This document shows, piece after piece, positions 49,647-59,168 of a stretch of DNA of 64,000 bases (positions are counted from its first letter, which is position 1; every line of letters begins with the position of its first letter). The notes below the pieces were generated by a model. It worked only from the letters and a program-made list of their open reading frames with translations. It was not told where the DNA came from and made no database searches. The stretch lies in assembly GCA_913043255.1 (NCBI GenBank), contig CAJWLK010000001.1, positions 324,288 to 388,287 on the forward strand, read 5' to 3'. The stretch is from an uncultured Gemmatimonadota bacterium (GTDB lineage: Bacteria; Gemmatimonadota; Gemmatimonadetes; Palauibacterales; Palauibacteraceae). The translations under genes were made by a program, and so were the position numbers.

Positions 49647-51901
49647 CGCAAAATACCTCGAGTCGAAAAGCGGTCAGTTAATCCTGTACGAAGGAGTCTT
49701 GGTGAACGATTCGGGCGACGAGCGATTAATATGAGTGGCAAATCGGTTTCCTGAGCAATCGCGAGAGGAAGTTTCCCTAGCGCTGGTTGCCCGCGGTCAC
49801 CCCGCTGGATTCCCATCACAACGAGATCTGAATCTAGGGCACGTTTGATTATTGCCTCGCGTGGTTCATCCGTATATTCAAACACAACTTCATAAGGGCT
49901 CGCAGCCTCCTCCCGTGCCAATTCGCGAATAACGTGCTCAAATCGCCTTCGCGTATCCGGCTCTGTCGCTGTGGGCAAAGTCATTAGAAACGTGACTGAT
50001 CTATTGCTTGAGCGCGATAGACTAGCCAACAACCGCGCTCTTAGGTGACTATGGTCCCGGCGACCACCGAGTGGCACTAGCACACGTTCGGCTTCTGCCA
50101 TACGCCAACGGTGAGGGGCGCGTACAATAACAACATCAGCATCGAGTTCGGCAATAAGTCCCTCGAGTTTTGCTTCGATCCCATTCTTCATGAGCTTAGA
50201 GAGTCCCAGAAGGACGGTCTCACACCGGTGCCCACGCGCAACTCTAGCAATCTCCGACCATGTATCCGACGCAATGGTAAAAAGGGTTTCAGGGGCGAAA
50301 GAACTCTCGAGGCTGCGGGCCAGCGATTCGCCGAGAATTGCTTGGGCATTGCTAAGTGCCACGTCAGCATTCTCATCAGAATTTTGTAGCGCAGAGAGTA
50401 GCAAGATGCGACCTGACCCAGGCGTTCGAACCGTAGCGGCGACATCGACTAGACTAGCAGCACTCTCTGGGTTCGCTATGGGCACAAGTACGAGTGGACT
50501 CCGGCCACGCAAACGAGCCAAATCTGGATCGCGTGCCTCAGCGCTAGCATCGGCAAGTCGTGCGCTCGGAGCGAGAAGCGTCAGATATAGCGTAATCCCA
50601 ATTGCAAGCCATAGCGCAATAACCGCTCCCGCTTCAGGCACCGCAAAAGCTTGGAACAATGCTAGACCCAAACAGAGGGTAGCACCTAGGATCGGAACGA
50701 TGGGAGTGCCCCATTCGCCCGAACGGCGCCTCGCCAAAATCGCCGCCCAGTGGACGGTCGCGAACGAAATGAGGAAGATCAAGCTTGATGCTGCCCCCGC
50801 TGCGGCGACGTTACCAACTGCCATCACGATCGTGACCACCATTGCACCTGTTGCCACAACGGCAACTGCAGGTGTCCCCCTAGAACCATGCATGCGACCA
50901 ATCGGATGCGGAAGCGTTCGATCCCGTGCCATCGCGAATGCGACACGCGACGCCCCGAACAAGTTGGCATGTAGGGCCGAAAGCATCGATAGGACACCGG
51001 CACCAATCACAAGCCAGTATCCAGCCGAGCCCATGTATCGTTCAACCGCATCCGCCACGAGCCTTTCCGGACTGGCCGTTGCCAGTGTCGTAATCCCAGT
51101 CTCAGGCGAACCTACTGTTGCTAGCAGAAATAGCAGTGGGAGATAGATTGTGAGTGCAATGCCAAGCGACAAATACATAGCCCGAGGAACCGTTTTCACA
51201 GGATCTTTTACCTCACCGCTCACTGCTGCGATAAGGTCAAAGCCTTGGAGTGCAATGAATGTATAACCCATGGCCTGAAGTAGACCTACGGGCCCAGCCG
51301 ACACGAACGGACTCAATCGCCCCAAGAGTTCCGCAGGCGACTCTCCGATCCAAACCCAGCCACCGGCCGCAAGTAAAACAACGAACACGACAACCTTCCC
51401 AATAGTCACCGTACGGCCACCGGCGGCCGTACGGCGCAACAAGAGTATGGTGTATGATGTTGTAGCACCAACTGCGATGATGGTTGCTATGATGGGGCGA
51501 TCAAGCCATGCGACGGGCCATCCCAGAAGGGGGAGTAGACGGTGAAGCCCTTCGGACAAGAATACCGCAAAACCGATGGCGTACAGCACACCCGCTACAA
51601 TAGAGGCAAACCACACGACCCAACCAACTACAAATGCAACTTCGATGGAAAGAACCTTCTTCGCGTAGGTATAAGTGCCCCCTGACTCCGGAAAACGTCT
51701 GGCAAGCTGGGCAAAACTGACAATGGTTAGACAGGCGATCACGCCGTTGAGGGCAAAAGCAATGATCGCAGAAGGACCTGTTGTTGCGAACGCGATTCCA
51801 GCCAGGGCAAGAATACCACCACCCACGATAGCACCAACCCCTAGGGTTGTTGCTCCGAAAAGTCCTAGATGTCGCTCGCCGTTCATGGTTGAGCCTGTCA
51901 T
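49643..51901 (-). CDS. APC amino acid permease with C-terminal universal stress protein-like domains
   Basis: GAIVGGGI, PESGGTY.Y, GFDLIAAVSGEVKDP, SRVAFAMARD; soluble tail VLVPIANP, VLVPLGG, DLVVMG. Confidence 0.85.
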   Translation of the reverse strand: MTGSTMNGERHLGLFGATTLGVGAIVGGGILALAGIAFATTGPSAIIAFALNGVIACLTIVSFAQLARRFPESGGTYTYAKKVLSIEVAFVVGWVVWFASIVAGVLYAIGFAVFLSEGLHRLLPLLGWPVAWLDRPIIATIIAVGATTSYTILLLRRTAAGGRTVTIGKVVVFVVLLAAGGWVWIGESPAELLGRLSPFVSAGPVGLLQAMGYTFIALQGFDLIAAVSGEVKDPVKTVPRAMYLSLGIALTIYLPLLFLLATVGSPETGITTLATASPERLVADAVERYMGSAGYWLVIGAGVLSMLSALHANLFGASRVAFAMARDRTLPHPIGRMHGSRGTPAVAVVATGAMVVTIVMAVGNVAAAGAASSLIFLISFATVHWAAILARRRSGEWGTPIVPILGATLCLGLALFQAFAVPEAGAVIALWLAIGITLYLTLLAPSARLADASAEARDPDLARLRGRSPLVLVPIANPESAASLVDVAATVRTPGSGRILLLSALQNSDENADVALSNAQAILGESLARSLESSFAPETLFTIASDTWSEIARVARGHRCETVLLGLSKLMKNGIEAKLEGLIAELDADVVIVRAPHRWRMAEAERVLVPLGGRRDHSHLRARLLASLSRSSNRSVTFLMTLPTATEPDTRRRFEHVIRELAREEAASPYEVVFEYTDEPREAIIKRALDSDLVVMGIQRGDRGQPALGKLPLAIAQETDLPLILIARRPNRSPRLLRTGLTDRFSTRGILR

Positions 51902-52005
51902 TTTCGAAAGCTACGGGCACTGCGCTCCAAAGTCGTATCTAGCGAACGTGAAGGTTCTGTAACCGGACCGATCGTTGTCATTGGTTTTCTTCACGGGTGA
52001 GAGTA

Positions 52006-52095
52006 GGGGTCACAAATGAAAGTGACCCCCGACACGTAATCTGGCCTGTCTTCTCCCGAACACTAGGTCCGCCAGCTACCCCTCGCCGGCGGACC
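52006..52095. terminator. two hairpins between amidohydrolase and permease genes (possible terminator/operator)
   Basis: GGGGTCAC-N8-GTGACCCC (52006-52029) and GGTCCGCC-N14-GGCGGACC (52066-52095); no clear U-tract. Confidence 0.4.
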
Positions 52096-52106
52096 CGGTG
52101 TACTGA

Positions 52107-53378
52107 CTATCGTTGAATCGTTCGGTAACGACCCAGATTTCGATAGCGTTCAAAAAGCCTCTCCTGCCGACTGTCATCTGGAAGCTCTTGCCCGCTGATG
52201 AACACGTGTTCCACTGAAGTCGACAGTTCAAACGGATCGCCTGACCAAACAACTAAATCGGCGACCTTTCCATTCTCGAGACTTCCCATTTCATTCTCCA
52301 AGCCCCAAACCGTAGCTGGCGCGAGCGTCACAGCCCTGAGCGCACCCGCGTGGGTCATTCCATTGGCAACGGCCAGACCGGCACTGTGACTAATCCCTCT
52401 GTCACCAGTTAGGAGCACTTCAACGCCAGCTCTTTCAAGGATTCCCGCATTCTCAAGAGAAGCGCCTAGACCATCGAACGTCGGCAAATTCGAGGGCACA
52501 TTCAATATCACAGGGACATTTGCTGCCGCGAGTTCATCGGCAACGCGCCAAGCTTCAGCACCCCCTAAAATGACCAGGCTGATCTCAAACTCTTCCTTGA
52601 GCTTGAGTGCAAGCCTCAAATCGCTAGCGCGATTCACCGTCACCACTATCGGTATCTGACCTGAAATGACTGCTTCAACGACCTCAAGCTCACGATCTGT
52701 CAAACTTGAGCGACCACCCTCAGCGAAGGGGTCCTCGTTATCATCGTTTTCGTCATGCTCTAAGGTTCTCGCCCGAGCATCCCACAGAGCATCATGGAGA
52801 CGCCGATAGTTCGCAGCTCGCGAGCCACCCGCACGTGAAGATCCACTCTCTCCCATCGCAGTGTACACCGCCACCGACTCGCTACGGAGCATAGCGTCAA
52901 GTGTTTCACCATAAAGAGCTATAACCGCACCTTGTCCTGTGAATAACTGATCACCACCGGGGACCACTACAACCGAAGTCAACCCGCGGATCCGAGCGAC
53001 CGGTATAAATGTGTTGGCTGGATTGACTGCCCACACCGGATTAAAAGAAGCACCGATATCCTCTTCACTCGTGGCAGCATCTTGTGAAGCACGCCCAAGC
53101 TCACGTAAGCCAAGTCCGGACGAAGAATCCATGAATCCTGGTGTGACCACCTTTCCTGTACCGTCTATAGTCCGGGCTCCAGATGGGACTGAAACATTCG
53201 AACCTACCGCTGTGATTCGACCATCTCGAACCACTATTGTTCCCCCATGAATCACTCCACTTGAAACCGTATGAATTTCTGCGTTTGTAATGGCGACCGT
53301 TTGAGCCAAGGTTGGCAGGGCAAACGCACCCATAAACACAATTAGCACCACGCTCATAAGACAGTTCGGGCGACTCAT
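52107..53378 (-). CDS. exported amidohydrolase-fold protein lacking metal ligands
   Basis: Signal peptide; VTPGFMDSSSGLG in place of D-x-H-x-H; GSLENGKVADLVVWSGDPF. Confidence 0.85.
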   Translation of the reverse strand: MSRPNCLMSVVLIVFMGAFALPTLAQTVAITNAEIHTVSSGVIHGGTIVVRDGRITAVGSNVSVPSGARTIDGTGKVVTPGFMDSSSGLGLRELGRASQDAATSEEDIGASFNPVWAVNPANTFIPVARIRGLTSVVVVPGGDQLFTGQGAVIALYGETLDAMLRSESVAVYTAMGESGSSRAGGSRAANYRRLHDALWDARARTLEHDENDDNEDPFAEGGRSSLTDRELEVVEAVISGQIPIVVTVNRASDLRLALKLKEEFEISLVILGGAEAWRVADELAAANVPVILNVPSNLPTFDGLGASLENAGILERAGVEVLLTGDRGISHSAGLAVANGMTHAGALRAVTLAPATVWGLENEMGSLENGKVADLVVWSGDPFELSTSVEHVFISGQELPDDSRQERLFERYRNLGRYRTIQR

Positions 53379-54769
53379 CGTCCCACCTCCTGATCCATTC
53401 GCACCATGAAATCACCAAAAATGATCGGATCTGGCGCATTTCGATCGTACATCAGTGCGCCATCAATGAAGACGTTTTCAGCATGCGTGTAAACGCTGAA
53501 GGGATTTCCTGTCCAGATCACAATATCCCCCATCTTCCCTTCCTCGATCGACCCCGTATGACCATCAATCCCCATAGACTTAGCAGGATTAGAAGTGATC
53601 CAGCGGATTGCTTCTTCATACGAGATGTCAATTCCTTCCTCACGTACAGCTCGAAGCGCAATAGCCGAGTGTTGGTTTAGTCGTTGGATCTCAACCGGGG
53701 AGTCAGAATGCACGATCGCACACGCACCCGCCTCATGAACAAGCCCAACGTTTTCCTCTATACCATCCCACGCCTCAAGCTTGAAACCCCAATTACCAGA
53801 ACCCCACATGGATGCACAGATCTCGTTTTCAGCCAAGTAATCGCGAACTTTGTACGCGGATACTGCGTGATGGAAAGACGCAATTGAATAACCAAACTCA
53901 TTGGCGATGTTAATCATGTTGACCATCTCATCGCCCCTGTAACAATGGTTGTGTACACGCACTTCACCCACGAGGACCGCCGCGAGAGTCTCCAGTTGAA
54001 GGTCACGTTCGGGCATATCAACAGGAACCGATCCACTATCCCACCACTGCTGCCAATCGCGTAGGTATTTCTGCGCCTTAATCCAACCCATTCGGTAGCC
54101 AGCACCGTTCCCCATAGCAGAACTAGGAGCTCGACCCAAGCCGCCGTAAACTCGTTTAGGATTCTCTCCACAGGCCATCTTTAGAGCATGTGGCGCGTTC
54201 GGGAACTTCATTCCTTGAACTGTCCGAGAGGGTACATTCTTGAGTGTGACGCCACGCCCCCCAAATAAATTTCCCGAGCCAGGCAAGATCTGAAGGGTGG
54301 TCACACCACCCGCGAGTGCGTACCCAAAACCGGGGTCTTGAGGCCATACCCCGTGCTCAGCCCACACCTCGGCCGTATTCGGGTCAGTCATCTCGTTCCC
54401 GTCCTGTTGGGACTCGATCCCTGGTGAAGGATAGTTCCCAAGGTGTGAATGTGTGTCGATAACACCCGGAGTAACCCACTTGCCAGAAGCGTCAATCACA
54501 GTTGCACCCGTTGGCACATTTACGTTTGTACCAACCACAGTGATCACTCCACCTTTCATCAGAATTGAACCGCCATCGATACGCTGACCAGTACCTGTCA
54601 GAATCGTTGCGTTCTCAATGACCGTTGTCCGTGACGGAAACGGTTCGTACGTCGAGGGAAAGGGATCAGGAAAGAACGAACCCTGTTGACCCGCAATCGT
54701 CCCAGGTATGCCGACGATGACTGCAAGCACCCAGGGGATAGGCATATGCTTCACATAGTTACTGCGCAT
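53375..54769 (-). CDS. exported amidohydrolase (intact metal site)
   Basis: PGVIDTHSHLG, LKMACGENPKR, HCYR, HHA, HSD, GSIEEGKMGD; AGGAGG RBS. Confidence 0.9.
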   Translation of the reverse strand: MRSNYVKHMPIPWVLAVIVGIPGTIAGQQGSFFPDPFPSTYEPFPSRTTVIENATILTGTGQRIDGGSILMKGGVITVVGTNVNVPTGATVIDASGKWVTPGVIDTHSHLGNYPSPGIESQQDGNEMTDPNTAEVWAEHGVWPQDPGFGYALAGGVTTLQILPGSGNLFGGRGVTLKNVPSRTVQGMKFPNAPHALKMACGENPKRVYGGLGRAPSSAMGNGAGYRMGWIKAQKYLRDWQQWWDSGSVPVDMPERDLQLETLAAVLVGEVRVHNHCYRGDEMVNMINIANEFGYSIASFHHAVSAYKVRDYLAENEICASMWGSGNWGFKLEAWDGIEENVGLVHEAGACAIVHSDSPVEIQRLNQHSAIALRAVREEGIDISYEEAIRWITSNPAKSMGIDGHTGSIEEGKMGDIVIWTGNPFSVYTHAENVFIDGALMYDRNAPDPIIFGDFMVRMDQEVGR

Positions 54770-54983
54770 GGCGACCTCCTACTTTGGTTGCGTATTTCCT
54801 AATGGGAGCTTATGTGCGAGCCTAGTGAAGCGGAAGCCAAGTGACTTGAGCCGACAATCAACGCATACTCATGGAAGTAAGCTGAGGCACCACCCATCAT
54901 CTCGTCTGAACTTCAACCCATCCCATGGAAGCGCGATGCGTCAGGAGGACAGAAAGAACCCTGCCTGCGGGAAGGGACGCCCG

Positions 54984-55718
54984 ATGAAGCACGCCATACT
55001 ATTTGCCCTCGCTCTCGTGTCGATCGGATGTTCTGAGCCTTCACCTAGGAATTTGGATGATCTAGTTAAACAAAACTCCCTGTACCTAGATCCTGACACT
55101 CAAGAACCTTTCAGCGGTCCAGTCTTCAGAGTATCTCCAAACGACCCAGCTCAGATCGTACTAACAGTTGATCTCTTAAACGGAAGGCTACATGGCGACT
55201 TCGAAGACTTTGATCCGACGGGAGTTGAGCAAGGTCTCGGGCTCTACGCGACAGGGACATACCTAAACGGACGACGCGAAGGCCGTTATGAATACTTCTA
55301 TCCCAGTGGAGTGCGTCGAGGTCGGGGAACGTATAGAGATGACAAGCCAGATGGTCCATACGAATCATACTATGAAAATGGTCGGCTACGGTTGAAGCAC
55401 GTCTACAAAGGTGGTAAACCTGATGGGGCATTTGAAACCTACCGTGAAAACGGAACCCTAGAGTGGACAGGAACTTATAAGGATGGTGAACGACACGGTC
55501 CGTTTGAGGGCCACTATGAAAATGGACGATTGCAGTTGAAAGGAACCTACGAGAATGGCACTCTCCACCGCCTATTTGAGCGCTACTATCCAGACGGTGA
55601 AATTACCGTACGAGGAATCTACAATTTAGATGTGCGGTGTGGTGAGTGGATTGAGGTTACTAGAACTGTAAACTATCCACCCTGCCCCCCAACCTCGAAA
55701 AAGGAAGGAACTCAATAG
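54984..55718 (+). CDS. MORN-variant repeat (YwqK-like) lipoprotein
   Basis: Start ATG 54984 gives MKHAILFALALVSIG-C lipobox; 24-aa repeats YYENG.L...G.YKDG..DG. Confidence 0.82.
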   Translation: MKHAILFALALVSIGCSEPSPRNLDDLVKQNSLYLDPDTQEPFSGPVFRVSPNDPAQIVLTVDLLNGRLHGDFEDFDPTGVEQGLGLYATGTYLNGRREGRYEYFYPSGVRRGRGTYRDDKPDGPYESYYENGRLRLKHVYKGGKPDGAFETYRENGTLEWTGTYKDGERHGPFEGHYENGRLQLKGTYENGTLHRLFERYYPDGEITVRGIYNLDVRCGEWIEVTRTVNYPPCPPTSKKEGTQ

Positions 55719-55720
55719 CA

Positions 55721-57214
55721 ATGACGTCGCCTATCATCGTTGGTGTATTAGTTGCCTATCTCATTCTTCTCTTGTTCATTGGCATTTGGGGAGGAAAGGG
55801 ATCGCACGACGTTGAGGGGTATTATGCGGCTGGGAAGAAACTCCCATCCTGGGTCCTTGCGTTTTCGTCAAACGCAACAGGAGAAAGCGCCTGGTTGCTT
55901 CTCGGCTTGACCGGGATGGGTTACGCAGTTGGCATGCACGCACTCTGGGTAGTCCTGGGCGAAGTGCTAGGCGTGGCTGTCGCATGGGTATTCGTCGCTA
56001 GACCATTCAAGGCGTTCACAGACAGATATAACTCCATTACGGTGGCCGACTATCTCGTAGCTCGCTTTAAAGACCCAACACACGCGTTCCGGATTGTGAG
56101 CGCCGTCATCATTCTATCTATGGTTGCAGCGTATACTGCTGCACAACTCACTGCGACGGGGAAGGCTTTTGACTCGTTCCTTGGAACAGGGTACCAGACA
56201 GGTGTCTTCCTCGGACTCGCAGTGATCCTATTTTACACCACCGTCGGCGGCTTCAAGGCCGTGGCTTATTCAGATGTCCTGCAAGGCGTCCTCATGTTTG
56301 GGTGTCTATTAACCCTTCCAGCAGTCGGAATTGCAGCGGTTGGCGGATGGGGATCGTTACTCGAGGGACTGCGCGCGGCTGATCCCAACCTCCTATTGCC
56401 AGGAGGAGGGTTAGGGTTCACTCCGTCAGGAATCGCGAGCGCGTTGGGCTTCGTGGGGATCGGCCTGGCTTTTCTTGGTGCGCCACAACTTCTTGGTCGA
56501 TTCATTGCGGCACGAGATCAGCGCGAAATCATCAAGGCAGGGCCCCTCGCGGTCATATGCATCGTCGTATTCGACATGGGGGCAGTACTCACCGGTATGG
56601 CAGGACGAGTCCTCTTCCCTGCTCTTACGGATCCTGAGACAATCCTCCCATTGATGTCTTCTGAGCTTTTTCCAGCCATCTTTACCGGACTTTTCTTTGT
56701 GGTCGTCCTTGCCGCAACAATGTCCACAGTGGACTCGGTCCTTATCCTTGCGTCGGCTGCCGCTGTTCGAGACATCTTTCAGAAAATATTTCGACCGAAC
56801 GCTCCACAGGTAACGCTGGCACGACTTGGCAAGGGCGTCACGGTCATACTCGGGCTACTGGGACTCGTACTCGCTCTTACAGAGGTACGGGTGATCTTCT
56901 GGTTCGTACTATTTGCATGGTCGGGCTTAGCATGTGCCTTCACCCCGGTGGTACTCTGCTCTTTATTCTGGGCACGTACGACTCGTGCTGGTGCTTTGGC
57001 AGGGATGGTTGCGGGGTTCTTAGTAACGGTCATTTGGGTCGTGGCCTTCAAGGCACAGTTTTACGACTTATACGAGATGATCCCCGGCTTTTTGGCTGGT
57101 TTTGTATTCACGGTCGGCGTGAGCTTACTTACTCGTCCTCCAGAAGGAGCGGAAAAAGAATTGCGAGAGATCCATGCCGAACTTGGCCCGGCATTCGGGC
57201 CGAAAAGAGATTAA
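55721..57214 (+). CDS. putP: sodium/proline symporter-like (PutP branch of SSS)
   Basis: SNATGESAWLLLGLTG, YTTVGGFKAVAYSD, GAPQLLGRF, AATMSTVDS, LFAWSGL, LYEMIPGF. Confidence 0.8.
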   Translation: MTSPIIVGVLVAYLILLLFIGIWGGKGSHDVEGYYAAGKKLPSWVLAFSSNATGESAWLLLGLTGMGYAVGMHALWVVLGEVLGVAVAWVFVARPFKAFTDRYNSITVADYLVARFKDPTHAFRIVSAVIILSMVAAYTAAQLTATGKAFDSFLGTGYQTGVFLGLAVILFYTTVGGFKAVAYSDVLQGVLMFGCLLTLPAVGIAAVGGWGSLLEGLRAADPNLLLPGGGLGFTPSGIASALGFVGIGLAFLGAPQLLGRFIAARDQREIIKAGPLAVICIVVFDMGAVLTGMAGRVLFPALTDPETILPLMSSELFPAIFTGLFFVVVLAATMSTVDSVLILASAAAVRDIFQKIFRPNAPQVTLARLGKGVTVILGLLGLVLALTEVRVIFWFVLFAWSGLACAFTPVVLCSLFWARTTRAGALAGMVAGFLVTVIWVVAFKAQFYDLYEMIPGFLAGFVFTVGVSLLTRPPEGAEKELREIHAELGPAFGPKRD

Positions 57215-57256
57215 GAACGTGCAGCAGAACAAACAAAAAAGTGTAAGGAGCGAGGG

Positions 57257-58975
57257 ATGAGCGAAGTAAGTCGTCGAGATTTCATGGCGTTGTCGGGGCT
57301 CGCCGCGGGAGGTGCTGTTTGGGCTGGTTGCACACCCACGAATAATGGCCAGGCAGACACCCCTTCATCGGGCGAAGCAGATCAGGTCGTTACGAACGGG
57401 AACATCTACACGATTGACGATACAACACCCCGTTCTCAGGCCTTTGCAATAAAAAACGGGCGCTTCCTCGCAGTAGGATCGAATTCCGATATCAACAACC
57501 TTATAGGTCCAGGAACCCAGGTCATCGATGCGGCTGGCATGACCGTGGTCCCCGGTTTCATCGACGCCCATAACCATCCTTTCTACTCAGGTACTAAACA
57601 CCTAAAGCAGGTTAATCTAGATATCAGAACGATCGAAGGAATCAAGAGCGCCCTCGCTGAGCGCGCACAAAACACACCACCCGGCCAATGGGTAGAAGGT
57701 TTCCTTTACGATGATACGAAACTAGAGGATGGTCGACCGATCACGCGTGCAGATATCGATGCGGCAGTCCCCGATCACCCCGTCTCTGTAACACACCGAG
57801 GTGGGCACACAGGCGTCTACAATTCACGAGCATTTGCACTCGCAGGGATTACTAGTGACACGCCGGATCCCGAAGGGGGAAAATTCTATAAAGAGAATGG
57901 CGAACTCACAGGACGTGTCGCAGAAAAAGCAAAAGACCCACTCGAAAGCCTTATCCCCTCCGGAACAACGCGTGAAGAACGTGCCGAAAGCATTCGATTA
58001 ATTGGGGGCTTGATGGCGAAGGCAGGCCTGACTTCGATTCATGAGACGGGTGGCGGGACCGAAAACCTTGTGGCCTACCAAGACGCACAGGAGTCCGGCG
58101 AACTGCATTTCCGAATCTATCTGTTTTCATCAGGTGGGACCTCAGGGATCGCAGGCCCACAACTCTTTGACGGTCTTAAACAGGCAGGAATCCGCTCAGG
58201 ATTTGGTGATGAATGGGTTAAAATCGGCGGGGTGAAATATGGGGCCGATGGCTCTGCATCAGAACGAACGATGGCCATGTCGACACCGTATGTAGGCCGT
58301 CCCAGCGATTACGGTATTCTGACCATGAGTCAGGACGAAATCTACGCGGCGGTCGAAGACGCAGTTCGACACGGGTTCCAGATTGGCATACATGCTAACG
58401 GAGACCTTGCCATCGAAATGTGTCTGAACGCGTTCGAGCGATCTCAAGCAAATATGCCTCAAGCTGATCCTCGATTCCGTCTTGAGCACTGTTCCTTGGT
58501 AAACGATGACCTGCTCCGAAGAATCAAGGATGTCGGTGCCATTCCAACCCCGTTTTATACATACGTGCACTATCATGGGAACAAATGGGGTGAGTACGGA
58601 GCAGATAAGATGGAGTGGATGTTCGCTCACCGAAGTTTTCTCGACTATGACATCCCGGTGGCTGGAGCTTCTGACTATCCGCCGGGTCCGTTTGAAGTAA
58701 TGATGGGGATCCAGAGCATGGTCACGCGCACAGACATGCAAGGGCGTGAATGGGGCGCGAGCCAAAAAATCTCAGTTCAAGAAGCATTGAAAATCTGTAC
58801 AATCAATGGAGCTCATGCTGCGTTCGAGGAAGGTAGCAAAGGTTCAATCACTGCCGGGAAACTGGCTGATTACGTGATTTTGTCAGATGATCCACACACG
58901 ACCGACCCATTCGCAATCAAAGAAATTCAGGTTGTTCGAACGGTGGTAGGCGGACGAACAACCCACGAAGCATGA
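57257..58975 (+). CDS. amidohydrolase 3 (YtcJ-like) Tat lipoprotein, paralog 1
   Basis: SRRDFM Tat motif, WAG-C lipobox, PGFIDAHNH, KYGADG, HANGD, RLEHC, GASDYP. Confidence 0.9.
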   Translation: MSEVSRRDFMALSGLAAGGAVWAGCTPTNNGQADTPSSGEADQVVTNGNIYTIDDTTPRSQAFAIKNGRFLAVGSNSDINNLIGPGTQVIDAAGMTVVPGFIDAHNHPFYSGTKHLKQVNLDIRTIEGIKSALAERAQNTPPGQWVEGFLYDDTKLEDGRPITRADIDAAVPDHPVSVTHRGGHTGVYNSRAFALAGITSDTPDPEGGKFYKENGELTGRVAEKAKDPLESLIPSGTTREERAESIRLIGGLMAKAGLTSIHETGGGTENLVAYQDAQESGELHFRIYLFSSGGTSGIAGPQLFDGLKQAGIRSGFGDEWVKIGGVKYGADGSASERTMAMSTPYVGRPSDYGILTMSQDEIYAAVEDAVRHGFQIGIHANGDLAIEMCLNAFERSQANMPQADPRFRLEHCSLVNDDLLRRIKDVGAIPTPFYTYVHYHGNKWGEYGADKMEWMFAHRSFLDYDIPVAGASDYPPGPFEVMMGIQSMVTRTDMQGREWGASQKISVQEALKICTINGAHAAFEEGSKGSITAGKLADYVILSDDPHTTDPFAIKEIQVVRTVVGGRTTHEA

Positions 58976-59168
58976 CCGTGTGGAATCAGTAGCAGCAAAA
59001 TGAATAAAAGAGTGCAAGGAGAGAGGGATGAGTGAAGTAAGTCGTCGAGATTTCATGGCGTTGTCAGGGCTCGCCGCGGGAGGTGCTGTTTGGGCTGGCT
59101 GTACGCCCACGAATAATGGCCAGGCAGACACCACTTCATCGGGTGAAGCAGATCAGGTCGTTACGAAT
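57257..59168 (+). repeat. direct repeat of 141 bp (57257-57397 and 59028-59168), with similarity extending about 40 bp upstream
   Basis: Manual alignment: 8 mismatches in the first 47 codons of the two paralogs. Confidence 0.9.

Noticed and set aside
50190-51146. 318-aa plus-strand ORF
   Set aside because: Antisense to the APC permease; Ala/Ser/Thr-rich composition typical of shadow frames.
54768-54983. 72-codon N-terminal extension of the MORN protein in the ORF track
   Set aside because: Overlaps the divergent gene start; ATG 54984 gives a clean lipoprotein signal.
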